Shown in pieces: positions 31,833 through 42,602 of a stretch of 64,000 nucleotides of DNA (position 1 is the stretch's first letter; each line of letters begins with the position of its first letter). A program made the translations under genes and the position numbers. This DNA comes from an uncultured Acidobacteriota bacterium (lineage in GTDB: Bacteria > Acidobacteriota > UBA6911), in assembly GCA_963843575.1 (NCBI GenBank), contig CAWJKZ010000019.1:192001-256000 (forward strand), given 5' to 3'. The notes under the pieces were generated by a model. That model was not told the origin of the DNA and searched no databases. It worked only from the letters and a program-made list of their open reading frames with translations.

Positions 31833-32756
31833 TCAAGCGGCGAGCAGTTTCCGCATCGACGCTTCGATCTTGGAAGCGGAGAGACCGTATTGGTCGAGCA
31901 GCCACTCATGGCTCCCAACCTGCGACACGTATCGATCCGGAAGCGCCAGCCTGAGGAACTTCCTGGGCCGAATGCCTGCATCCATCAACGCCTCGGCCAC
32001 AGCTCCCCCGAGCCCGCCGCTGGCGCTGTGCTCCTCGAGGATGACCAGGGCCCCGGTTTCGTTCGCGGCGGCGAAGACGCAGTCCGTGTCCAGCGGTTTC
32101 ACCGTGTGCATACTGACCAGTCGACAGTGAATCCCGTCTTTCTCCAATGCATCCGCCGCCAGCAGCGCCTGGTTGCCGATTGTTCCCGTGAATAATATTG
32201 CGGCGTCTGTGCCTTCCCGCACCTGGATGGCCCGCCCGAGCTTGAACTCGATCGGACCCAGGTGGATGGGCGGCTCTTTCTTGTAGCCGCACCGGTAATA
32301 CACCGGACCGTTATGATCGATCATGGCGCGCGTCGCCGCGATCGCTTCGGCAAAGTCACAGGGCGCGACAACCGCCATGTTCGGGAGGCTGCGCATGATC
32401 GCGATGTCTTCGGTGGCCTGGTGCGACATGCCGAGCGCGCCGTACGCAAGCCCTCCGCCGATGATCACGATTTTTACGTTGGCACTGTGGTAGCAGGCAT
32501 CGTTGCGGATTTGCTCCAGGCAGCGCAGGGTAGGGAAGTTGGCAATGGAGTACGTGATGGCAATGTTTCCCTCCATGGCGATGCCGCAGGCGACTCCCGT
32601 CATGTTCTGCTCGGCTACCCCGACGTTGAAGAAGCGATCGGGGAACGCCTCGGCAAACGGCTCGATTTCTCCGTAACCGATATCCGCCAGGACCATGAAG
32701 ATGCGGTCGTCCTGCCTGGCGATGTCGACCAGGGCCTGATTGAAAATGCCTCTCAT
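31833..32756 (-). CDS. Transketolase, C-terminal (pyrimidine-binding) subunit
   Basis: FFNVGVAEQNM, EQIRND, SHQATED, TVKPLD and LEEH motifs; ATGA overlap with the N-subunit. Confidence 0.93.
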   Translation of the reverse strand: MRGIFNQALVDIARQDDRIFMVLADIGYGEIEPFAEAFPDRFFNVGVAEQNMTGVACGIAMEGNIAITYSIANFPTLRCLEQIRNDACYHSANVKIVIIGGGLAYGALGMSHQATEDIAIMRSLPNMAVVAPCDFAEAIAATRAMIDHNGPVYYRCGYKKEPPIHLGPIEFKLGRAIQVREGTDAAILFTGTIGNQALLAADALEKDGIHCRLVSMHTVKPLDTDCVFAAANETGALVILEEHSASGGLGGAVAEALMDAGIRPRKFLRLALPDRYVSQVGSHEWLLDQYGLSASKIEASMRKLLAA

Positions 32757-33583
32757 CGGTCTGCTCCCAATTCATGCAGTGCACGTGCCAGCTGTTCGTC
32801 GTTCACCGAGCCATAATGGCATGCAACCGTGTTTTCCAGAAAACTGACGCCTTTGCCTTTTACGGTGTGGGCGATAATCCAGGAAGGTTTCCCAGTCTCG
32901 AAGGGGAGTTGAAAAAGGGTCTTTTCGAGTTGCGCAACATCGTGACCGTTGACCTCCCGGACAGACCAGTGGGAAAGGGCGAGCTTGTCCGCCAACGGCT
33001 CGAGGTTGAGCACGTCCTTGGTGAACCCGAGCGCCTGGATCTTGTTGTAGTCGAGGATGACGGTCAGGTTGTCGAGGTGGTGCTGGGCGGCAAAGAAGAT
33101 CGCTTCCCAGGTGGATCCCTCGTTGATGTCCCCGTCGCTCACGACGCAGAAGATCCGGTGCTTTTTCCCGCGATACCTGGCGGCAATGGCCATCCCCACG
33201 GCAACGGGCAGACCGTGCCCGAGCGAGCCGGTAGAAAACTCGACTCCGGGGACATGATGGCTGATGTGCCCCATCAGCTTTCCCTGGTCGCAGTAGTACG
33301 TCATGAGCCACTCTTTCGGGAAAAAACCCTTCTCCGCAAGCACGGCATACAAAGCCCCGCCACCATGCCCTTTGCTGAGGATCATGCGATCACGGTCCGG
33401 CCACTTGGGGTCGGCGGGGTTTACGTTGAGAATGCGCTCATACAGAACGACCACGATTTCGGTCATCGAGAGCATGCTCCCGACATGGCCGCTTTTCCCG
33501 TGATGGGTCATGCGCAGGCAATGGGCGCGTACGGTTGTCGCCATTTTGCAGCACTGTTCCTGCCACGTTTCGGTCGCTGGCAC
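32753..33583 (-). CDS. Transketolase, N-terminal (TPP-binding) subunit
   Basis: SGHVGS, DRMILSKGH, STGSLGHG, SDGDINEGSTWE and HTVKGKG motifs. Confidence 0.93.
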   Translation of the reverse strand: MPATETWQEQCCKMATTVRAHCLRMTHHGKSGHVGSMLSMTEIVVVLYERILNVNPADPKWPDRDRMILSKGHGGGALYAVLAEKGFFPKEWLMTYYCDQGKLMGHISHHVPGVEFSTGSLGHGLPVAVGMAIAARYRGKKHRIFCVVSDGDINEGSTWEAIFFAAQHHLDNLTVILDYNKIQALGFTKDVLNLEPLADKLALSHWSVREVNGHDVAQLEKTLFQLPFETGKPSWIIAHTVKGKGVSFLENTVACHYGSVNDEQLARALHELGADR

Positions 33584-33739
33584 AGTTCCTCCTGCTGTGA
33601 AGCCGCGGCTTGCGCCACTGCCGCCGGATACTGCCCCGGATCAAGGAGTGGAGCGCAAGAGTCATCTCCTCCGGGTGTCCGCGGTTCCGGAGGCCGTGAC
33701 TGACCGCATCCTAGTCGAATCCAAAACTCGGTGTCAAAG

Positions 33740-33763
33740 ATATTTTGATAGACAATAAAATAT
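33740..33763. promoter_or_regulatory. Candidate ROK-regulator operator (AT-rich palindrome)
   Basis: ATATTTTGATAGACAATAAAATAT in the divergent transketolase/glycosidase intergenic region; similar sites at 33912, 37678 and 58800. Confidence 0.5.
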
Positions 33764-33999
33764 GAAGATCAAGGAAGGGCTCCGCAGAAATGTGGAAATT
33801 CCACCTACGGAAGCCAACTGCCCTCATCAAATGCAGGTACGTCAGTCCTTTCGCAGTCAATGCCTGAAACCGCCGTCGTATGACGTCGCTGTCGGTCGCC
33901 CGAGAATGTACTATTTTAATTTGACAAATAAACAAACAATGTGTTAGCAGAGCATAACATCATTTTCACCCAACGCTTGCTGACCCTACGGAGGATCAT

Positions 34000-36486
34000 G
34001 TGAGAACACGTTTCACTGTCCTTGTTGCCGGCTTCATCCTGTTTGGCGTCGTCTGCAATCCCCTGTTCGCGCAGATTACCGGCGGCATGTTGAGCCCGGC
34101 CATTGATCCGCCGGGAGAGCCGTTCTCTTATTTCTGGCGTCCGAACGATGTCCTGGGCACGCTGTACGCTCCGGTCGCTACGGAGGTGACTCCGGAAGGT
34201 TATCTGTACACAGGGTTCGGGGAGCTGATGTTCTTTACGGGGAATCCGCCCGTTGCCGTCGACCAGCGCATCCGGACTCTGCGGAAGGGATACCTTCCCG
34301 TCGTGCAGTATGAAGTGCGGCGGGACGGCGTTCTCTACTCCTTCCAGATGTTCGCGGCCAATCTCGAGGGGGAGCGGCAGCAGTTGCCCGTGAACATGGT
34401 CATTGTCAGGCTTAGAAACGAAACCGCAGAACAGCGCGCGGCTTTCCTGAGCTCGGCCTGGCGATTCAGCGCCCCCGTGAACAAGATGGGCGGGCTCGCA
34501 GACTACCGGTTCAGGCAGCGACTTGACCTCATCCCCAAGGAACTGGTGGAGGGACAAGCTGCATTCAATCCCGCGTGGAAATATGCTTATGAGCAGGACG
34601 CCGTAGTGCGGGACGGCCGCGCCATATACTTCTATCCGACGGATCCCCAGCCTTTTCAGGCCTCGCTGGCTCTGGCCGATAGCGGCCTGCGCATGGTGCG
34701 CTACTTCACCGGCGAGGTCGGCGGGAATCCTGAGCCCAACTACACTCTCAACCCGCACACCCCGATGGGCTTGGTCTCCTACCGCGTCATATTAAAGCCG
34801 GGAGAGAGCAAAGACCTGCCCTTCAAGGTCCCGACTGTCCCTCTGCCCGTAAGTTCCCCGGAACGGCAGCGGATCAGCGAAACAGATGCGGGGCAGGCGC
34901 TGCAGGCCACGACCCAATTCTGGCAGGACCTTCTGGCAAATCCCCCGTTGCTCCTCCCCGAGCAGAAGGTCCAGGAGTATCTCCTCGCGAACACCGTGTA
35001 CGACCTGCTCGCCATCGACAAGGTGGGGGAAGATTATGTCCCGAACGTGAACAAGTTCCAGTACCACCGGTTTTACGGCGGCTCCGACACGGCCCACATG
35101 CTCATAGGATTGGATTACATGGGGCTGCCGGACATCGCCAGACGGGGCTTCTTGTACTCGCTGACAGCTCAGCGCGCAGATGGGGCCTTCATCATCCCGC
35201 ACGAAACTACGCGGTACAACTACTGGGAGACTTTTGGATTTGCTCTCTGGGGGTGGGGACGGCATTACCGGTTGACGAAGGACGAGGATTTCCTGCGCCA
35301 GGTTTACCCCGGCGTGCTGCGTGCCATGCAGTGGGAAAAGGAAGTGACCTCCAAAGATCCGCGGGGCCTGATGCCTCCATCGGAAATTCCGGATGACGCG
35401 TTCCTGAAGGATGCGCGTTCGACCGGGCAGCACGTGTGGATGCTGATCGGGCTCCGGAACGCCGTGCTGATTGCGGAGGCACTTGGCAAAAAAGAGGATA
35501 CCGAGAGTTTCTCGGCAGAATACAAACGCTTTCGCGAAGTGTTTGAGAAACAACTCGCCCTTCAAACGGCGAATACCCATGGGTATATCCCTCCCGCACT
35601 GGAAAGAACGGTGGAAGGGAACGACTGGGACAACCTGCTGACGTTGTATCCCGAGCCGCTGTTTGAGCCTTTTGATCCCAGGGTTACGGCGACCATAAGG
35701 AAATCCAGATCCGAGTACGTCGAGGGGATACTGGACTATATCGACCCGGACGCTATCGCCCAGGATAGCTGGCCGGCACGGCCGGAGGGGATCCGACAGG
35801 AGGGCTTTACCTTCAAGACGGCCAGGATGCTGCACTACTGGCATACGCCGGACAATGCCCAGAACGCCCTGGTGCGCGGTCGCGAGGAAGACCAGCTGCA
35901 CGCGGTCCAGGACCTGTATGCGCTTCTGTTGCACACCTCCTCGACGCACGCTCCGCAGGAGTATGGCGCCTATGCCTGGAGCACCCGCGACCATCACGGC
36001 AACAACCTGCTCCCGGACGGTCCCGCTTCGGGCAAGACGATCGAATTGATCCGCAATATGCTCGTGCGTGAGTACAAGACCGACCTGGTGCTGTTCTCCG
36101 CACTTTCTCCCGCCTGGATTATGCCGGGCAAAGCGATCGAAGTCGTGAAACAACCGACGGAATTTGGTCCGATAAGCGTAACTCTCCGGTCGAACGCTAC
36201 CGGGTTGGATGTAACCCTGTCCGGTCAGTTCTGGAAGGCGCCGGAGAGAATCATCCTGCGGCTCCCCTGGTTTTACCAGGTGGATCGGGTCGAAGTGGAC
36301 GGGAAAGCGGCACAGCCTTCGAGCGTGGGCCTGGTGCTGCGGCCCGGGGTCAAGAAAGTAAGTCTCACGGGCAGGATCAAGCCCGGAACCCCGTTGCTGA
36401 GCTACCAGCGGGCGGTGCAAAACTACAAGAGCGAATACAAGCGCCGGTACCAGGAATTCCTGCGAACCGGCATCACAAAACCGTAA
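34000..36486 (+). CDS. Secreted (alpha/alpha)6 six-hairpin glycosidase-like protein, paralog 1
   Basis: GTG start with GGAGG RBS and signal peptide; six-hairpin motifs GFALWGWGRHYRLTKDEDFL.QVYP.V.RAMQW and GLRNAV..AEALG; C-terminal PTEFG beta domain. Confidence 0.8.
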   Translation: MRTRFTVLVAGFILFGVVCNPLFAQITGGMLSPAIDPPGEPFSYFWRPNDVLGTLYAPVATEVTPEGYLYTGFGELMFFTGNPPVAVDQRIRTLRKGYLPVVQYEVRRDGVLYSFQMFAANLEGERQQLPVNMVIVRLRNETAEQRAAFLSSAWRFSAPVNKMGGLADYRFRQRLDLIPKELVEGQAAFNPAWKYAYEQDAVVRDGRAIYFYPTDPQPFQASLALADSGLRMVRYFTGEVGGNPEPNYTLNPHTPMGLVSYRVILKPGESKDLPFKVPTVPLPVSSPERQRISETDAGQALQATTQFWQDLLANPPLLLPEQKVQEYLLANTVYDLLAIDKVGEDYVPNVNKFQYHRFYGGSDTAHMLIGLDYMGLPDIARRGFLYSLTAQRADGAFIIPHETTRYNYWETFGFALWGWGRHYRLTKDEDFLRQVYPGVLRAMQWEKEVTSKDPRGLMPPSEIPDDAFLKDARSTGQHVWMLIGLRNAVLIAEALGKKEDTESFSAEYKRFREVFEKQLALQTANTHGYIPPALERTVEGNDWDNLLTLYPEPLFEPFDPRVTATIRKSRSEYVEGILDYIDPDAIAQDSWPARPEGIRQEGFTFKTARMLHYWHTPDNAQNALVRGREEDQLHAVQDLYALLLHTSSTHAPQEYGAYAWSTRDHHGNNLLPDGPASGKTIELIRNMLVREYKTDLVLFSALSPAWIMPGKAIEVVKQPTEFGPISVTLRSNATGLDVTLSGQFWKAPERIILRLPWFYQVDRVEVDGKAAQPSSVGLVLRPGVKKVSLTGRIKPGTPLLSYQRAVQNYKSEYKRRYQEFLRTGITKP

Positions 36487-36540
36487 TCAATCCGTGGCGG
36501 ACCTGCATCGGTCCGTTCACATGAAAGACAGGAGGTCAGG

Positions 36541-37452
36541 ATGATCAGCTCCAGAGCAGGCTCGCACCTTTCACGTCGCGCATTCATGACATCCACGGCG
36601 TTCGGCGCCTTGGCCTGCGGCATCAATCCAGCCGCCGCACAGGTCGGTGGGGGTACAGGTACCGTGAGAGACCGCCTCTGGCTGTTCACTGTCCCGGCAA
36701 ATACCGATTTCGGATCGGTACAACGCCGATCGTTGATGACCCCGGCGGAATCAGGCCTTTATTTCAACATCCCGAATCTCATCATTGTTCAGGCCAGTGC
36801 CGGGGAGTCCAAGTACGGCCGCTTCGAGCCTCCATTTGCCCAGTATGCTATTGCGCTGCGCCCGTTTAAGCGGATCGTGTGGTCGGTGACAGGGTCGGGC
36901 GGGTTCAATAGCGAAACAGAGACCCGCGAGGTGCTGGAACTCGCCCAACGGACTCCGAACTTCACAGGGATAATGTTGGACGATTTCTTTTCTGCCAAGA
37001 AGGAAGGCAAGAAGGCCGTATTCTCGGCGGAGGAGCTGGGCCGCATTCGGGACGAACTGAAGCGCGCAGGCCAGAAGCTCGATATTTTCGCGACGTACTA
37101 CACGCAGCTTCTTGATCTCGATCTCAGCGAGTATCTGAAGCACATTGACGTGCTCACGCTCTGGACCTGGCGCTCCGCGGAAATTCCCGACATCGAGAAA
37201 AACCTGGACAGGCTCAACAAGGTGGCTCCAAACGCGCGCAAGATGCTCGGATGCTACCTGTACGACTTCAGTCTCAAGCAGCCGGTGGCCGTTCCGGCCA
37301 TGCAGGAGCAATGCGAGACAGGGCTGCGTTTGATGAGGAAAAACCGGCTGGATGGAATCATATTTCTGTCCAATACCGTCGCCGATCTCGGATTTGAGTC
37401 CGTCGAGTGGACTCGCAACTGGATCCAGAAAGTCGGAGATACGAAGGTGTGA
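36541..37452 (+). CDS. Tat-exported TIM-barrel protein of unknown family, paralog A
   Basis: SRRAFM Tat motif; VRDRLW, RRSLMTPAES, NFTGIMLDDFF and DGIIFL. Confidence 0.85.
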   Translation: MISSRAGSHLSRRAFMTSTAFGALACGINPAAAQVGGGTGTVRDRLWLFTVPANTDFGSVQRRSLMTPAESGLYFNIPNLIIVQASAGESKYGRFEPPFAQYAIALRPFKRIVWSVTGSGGFNSETETREVLELAQRTPNFTGIMLDDFFSAKKEGKKAVFSAEELGRIRDELKRAGQKLDIFATYYTQLLDLDLSEYLKHIDVLTLWTWRSAEIPDIEKNLDRLNKVAPNARKMLGCYLYDFSLKQPVAVPAMQEQCETGLRLMRKNRLDGIIFLSNTVADLGFESVEWTRNWIQKVGDTKV

Positions 37453-37780
37453 GTGTGTCCTCCTTAACGGCTGCCGCGGTCTTCGAGCGGGCGGGATCGA
37501 AGGAGTTGCTAAATTATTTGAGACATAAAAGAACGCTTAAGTGCCAGCGCCCGGACTCATGCGGCCCGTTGTCGAACAGTAGATATAAATATGATAGAAA
37601 CTCTGTAATTACAGTAGTTGCGTCAAGAACCTACGGATATCCAGCCAAGGCGAATGGAGCCGTTGTCACGATTCCTTTTAATTTGGTTGACAAAACAGCA
37701 CATGGGCCGGATGATCGGCGCTAAACCATCGATCCCCGCCGGGGATCATTTGGGTGACCGAGCTCAAAGAGGGTATTCCT

Positions 37781-39185
37781 ATGGCCGAAGAAACCTGGAC
37801 CGAGGAAGAGAAAGTGCAACTCAAACGAGATGCACTTCAGTACATCATCCCCCACTTTGCCAGCAATGCGTCCCTTGCCAAAGGGCCGAAGATCATTGCC
37901 CGGGGTGAGGGTTGCTATCTCTACGACATTGACGGAAACCGCTATCTCGACACATTTGCGTCGCTCCTGACGACCATCTGCGGGCATCACCGAGCCGAGG
38001 TGGCCAAGGCCATCCAGGAGCAGTTAGAGAAGCTGGAGTTTTTCCCCAACTACGAGGATGCCTTCACTATCCCGCTGGTGAAACTGGCGAAAAAACTGGC
38101 GGAGGTACTGCCAGGGGATCTGTCGGTGTCTTTCTTCGTCAACAGCGGTTCCGAGGCAAACGAGACGGCTCTAAAGATGGCGCGTCAGTATCATTGGGAG
38201 CGAGGCCAGCACCACAGGTACAAGGTGATCGCCCGCAGGCACTCGTACCACGCGACCACACTCGGCGGAATATCGGTGACAGGATTGTCGTGGTTTCGCG
38301 AATATTTCGAGCCGCTGATCCCGGGGTGCCTGTTCGCGCCGGCGGCGCGGTGCAATGCCTGCGACCTGAACCTGAAACCCGAGACCTGTGGATTGGCTTG
38401 CCTGAGCGAAATGGAGCGCCTGGTGCAGTTCGAAGGCCCGGAGTCGATTTCCGCGGTCATCATGGATCCGATTCCGGGCTCCAACACCGGGTACCCTCTG
38501 CCTCCTGACGGCTACCTTGAGGGTGTGCGCGCGCTTTGCGACCGGCACGGGATCGTGCTGATCTTCGACGAGGTGCAGACCGGATTCGGGAAGACAGGGA
38601 AGTGGTTTGCCTGCGAGCATTGGAATGTGGTCCCGGACATCATGACGCTGGGCAAGGGATTCACGGGCGGCTACATCCCTCTGGCAGCGGCAGTGACCAC
38701 TCCGAAAATTGCGGACGAGTTTCGCAAAGGCCCTGGCCATGAATTGCGCAGCTGGGAGCACATACGGCGGCCACACTGTGGCATGTGCGGCGACCCTGGC
38801 CAATATCAATGTGATTGAGCGCGACCGGCTTGTCGAGCAGGCGGCGGAGACCGGAGCCTACCTGAAAACCGAGCTCGACAAGCTCTACCGGTTTCCAATC
38901 GTTGGGGACGTGCGCGGCCTCGGCCTGCTCTGGGCAATTGAACTGATGGCCGACCCGGCCACGAAGCGGAAGCTCGATCCGAAGCTCGGGGTTGGAGCAT
39001 GGATACGGGACTGGTTTTTCGCTCACGGCGTCATTCTCCGGAACAACGGCGACATCCTGGTCCTGGCGCCGGCCCTCGTGATTTCGCGGGAGGACATCGA
39101 TCTGGTGGTGCGTCTGATTGGCGAAGCGATTGCCGCGGCTGTGAATCACTTCGGTTTAGCGGCCTTGGCTGCCAACCCAAGCTGA
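37781..39185 (+). CDS. Class-III (omega) PLP aminotransferase (frameshift near 38754)
   Basis: [41 protein letters not shown] and TLGKG; continues GSTYGGH...VGDVRGLGL...LVLAPAL in the 38709 frame. Confidence 0.92.
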
Positions 39186-39203
39186 GCAGAGGAGGGGGAC
39201 GCG

Positions 39204-40914
39204 ATGCCGAAGCGCATGAACCGTCGCGAAATGTGCCTGCGGCTGGCTGCCGGGGTGACAGCAGCCGGGGGATCCGGCTTCCGGACCGCGGGAGGCGACG
39301 ACATTCATTCCATGATCCGCTCTCTGTCCCTCGAGGACAAGATCGGCCAGCTGATCTGCGGGCGGATGAACCCCAAGGACGCGAAAGATGCCGAGGATCT
39401 GGCCGCGAGAGGCCGCGCAGGCTCGTTTATCGGGCTCCTTGCCGGCCTGGGCAGTGCAAAGGCTGCCGCAGAGTTTCTAAACCACCTGCAGTCCGTTGCC
39501 AGGTACCCCCTTCTCTTCGTCGGAGAACAGGAGCACGGCAGCCATCGAAATTTCGCCGGCGGCACCGAATTTCCCGCATATATGGCATTTGGCGCGGCCC
39601 GCTCCAGGGAACTGGCTTTCCTCTTCGGCAAGATCAACACGCTGGAAGGTCGTGCGGTCGGATACAACTGGATTTCGTGTCCTACCCTGGACGTGAACAT
39701 CGAGCCCGGCAATCCCATCATCAATACCCGGTCGTTGGGCGAACGCCCTGAGCTGGTTACGGAGCTGGGTCTCGAAAGTTGCCGGGGAATAGTCCAGAAC
39801 CGCGGTCTGACCTGCATTTGCCACTACCCCGGCCATGGTGCAACGTCGCGGGATTCTCATGTGGAACTTCCCGTCGTGAAACGCACGAGGGCCGAAATGG
39901 AGAGGGTCGAACTTGCTCCATATCGGGCCGGAATCCGGGCGGGTTTCATGAATTGCATCATGACTGCTCATAACGCCTATCCTGCACTCGAGCCGGAGCC
40001 CGGGCTTCCCGCAACCCTGTCGAGGAACATCATTACAGGAGTGCTGCGGGGGCAGCTGCATTACCGTGGACTTGTCGCCACCGACAGCCTCGGGATGAAG
40101 GCCGTGTCGGGGCGCTTCTCTCCCGGTGAGATGGCGGTCAGGGCTATTGCCGCGGGCTGCGACATTCTCCTTGCGCCGGATGTGGAGGCAACGATCGCGG
40201 CGCTCAAACAGGCGGTGGAGACCGGGAAACTGGCGGTGGCGCAGCTCGACGCCAGCGTCACCCGGATCATCGAAGCCAAGAAATGGCTTGGCCTGTTTCA
40301 GCGCTCGACGGTTGATGTCTCTGCGGTGGACGGTATCGTTGGGCGCCGGGAGCACAAAGCCGCTGCGCAGCGCGCAGCGCGCGCAGCGGTCACGGTGTTG
40401 AGGAACGACGGCTTGCCGCTGTCCGAAACAGCCAGCCTCCTGATCATTGCTGCTGCCGGTTCGGGGGACCTGGGGCCTCCGCATCCTGGGGTCAACGGAC
40501 TGTTCGTCAGCGAGGTGCGCAAAAGGCGGCCGGAAGCGAAAGGCGTCGTGGTCGAGGAGAAGGGACAATCCTGGGAGGCTGCCTGGTCGGCAGCTCGTTC
40601 CGCGGATGCCATTATCCTCGCGCTCTCTACCAGGATTCGAAACTACTCTGCGGAGAGTCTCCGAGCCAATCAGGAAATCCTTGAACAAGCTCAAAGGATC
40701 GCAGCGACTCGGGAAGCATGTAGCGCTTGTGGTTGCGGACAATCCTTACGTCGTCGGCTCGCTCCCCGAAACGCCGGTGTGTCTTTGCACCTACAGCAAC
40801 TGCCCCGATTCAATGACGGCGGCCGTCGAGGTGCTGTTCGGAGAAATCAAAGCAGCCGGGCGGCTGCCGGTCACCATTTCCGAGCGCTATAAATACGGAT
40901 ACGGCCTGAGGTAG
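39204..40914 (+). CDS. Tat-exported GH3 NagZ-like glycosidase with C-terminal domain (frameshift near 40712)
   Basis: NRREMC Tat-like motif; LEDKIGQL, NPIINTRS, HYPGHG...DSH and TDSLGM (nucleophile Asp); tail NPY...AAVEVLFGE...GRLPV. Confidence 0.9.
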
Positions 40915-40970
40915 CGGACCCCTATTGCTGAGGCACGGGGCCGGGTCATGTTTTTCGCGAGAGGCGAATC

Positions 40971-42454
40971 ATGCTGAAGGATACGGAAATTGAGGTCTTG
41001 ACCGGCAAGGTGCTTGAACTGCTGGGGACCGAAGGAATGCGCTTCGAGAGCCCGGAGATGGTGGCCGCGCTGAAAGATAAGGGCTGTACGGCGTCACCGT
41101 CCGGGCGGATTCGAATACCCAGAGCTGTCATAAGTGAGCTTGCTGGCATACCAGAGGAAGACCCAGGAGCTGGACCGGGAGGACCAGGAGCTTCATCTTG
41201 AGTGCGGCATCGACTGGACCCATTCCATTATCTGGCACAACGCGCGCGACGAAATTCGCAGCAAGCTCAAATCGGGTTTGCTCATGTCGGCGTTTGACTG
41301 CGGTCCAACGACCTACTACGACTACCCCGGTCGAAAGATTGTGCCCGTCGACAACGGGGTTTTCACCGAGATGATGCGGTTTGCCCAGGCCACTCCGGAG
41401 ATCGGCTACACAAGCACCTGGTACCGGCAGGACGTCCCGCCCCAGATCGAGCGGATCGAGTCCCTGGCGATGGGGGCCCGGATAACGGACAAGCTCGACG
41501 GCATTGAGGCCATCTTCCCCGAGGTCGTCAAGTACCTGGCGGAAGCCAGCACGATTCTCACGGGCCGCGCCGGAGATTCCAGCTACCTTGCGGGATCGGA
41601 ATGCGTGACACCCCCCATGATCATGGAGAGCCGGCTCATGCGACGACATGCTCGAGCGACGCAGGTGCGGTGTGCACCGCTACCATATCGCCTCCATGCC
41701 CGCTCTCGGGATGAATACCCCTGTGTCGGTCGCAGGATCGATCGTGATGGGGGCTGCCGAGATCCTCGGCAGGCGAAGTGGCAGCGTGGTGTATTGATCC
41801 CGAGTCAGATATCAGCGGGCGAATGATCGCACTGGTCACCGACATGCGCAGTGCCACCCCGACCTGCACCGGACCGGAGGTGGCGATGGTCAACCTTGGT
41901 GTGCGCGAGCTGTTTGAGGCGAGTTTCGGCGGACACCTTTGGGTGGAGGTTTTTCTCAGCCCGGCCGCAAAACGACCCGGACTCCAGGCGGTGTTCGAAA
42001 ATTTCCTGGCGCTCTACAACTATTCGAAGTGGCTCGGAAGAACCGGCATCCCGTATCCCGGGATGGGTGCGCTGCACAACGGCGGCCTCGGCTCGCCTAC
42101 CCAGTTCATGCTCGACCTCGAGATTCGAAAGGCGCAGTGGCACGCGCGTCGCATTCGAAATCACCGACGAGACACTTGATTTCGAAGAGGTGCGCGACCG
42201 GACAGAGAACGCCGGGAATTTTCTGACCAGCGAGCACACCCTTCGTCATTGCCGCGAGCTGTGGAATTCGCGTCTTTTCCTGCCCGGGGAATCCGCGGCA
42301 TGGGACGGCAGCGAACGCTGCATACTGGATCGCTGCGACCAGTTGTGGCGTGCCAACCTCGAGAAATACGTTCCGCCGAGCTTGGCCTGAAGACAAGCTG
42401 GACGCGCTGGACAATCTTGTCAAGCGCGCAAGAAAGGAATTCGGGATTGACTGA
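40971..42454 (+). CDS. Trimethylamine-methyltransferase (MttB) superfamily protein, non-pyrrolysine; about 5 frameshifts
   Basis: VLELLGTEGMRF, PVSVAGSIV...AEIL, DMRSATP.CTGPE, AKRPGLQAVFE, SPTQFMLDLEI, GNFLTSEHTLRHCRELW and PEDKLDALD, assembled from consecutive frames. Confidence 0.78.
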
Positions 42455-42602
42455 AAACCGGGCCGGATTGACAGGAGTGCCCGTGCGGGCGGCCGCTTTG
42501 AGGTTCCGGTTGCCTGTCTGCAAATCGAAAGGGGTAAGCCCGTGTCTCCAGAAGCCGCACCTGCATTAGTCGACAAGAGCCGGAAAAGAAACCAGGGCGA
42601 GG

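Noticed and set aside
42455-42600. Cobalamin or TPP riboswitch near MttB/E1
   Set aside because: No B12-box or TPP core motifs found here or in the other intergenic regions I read.
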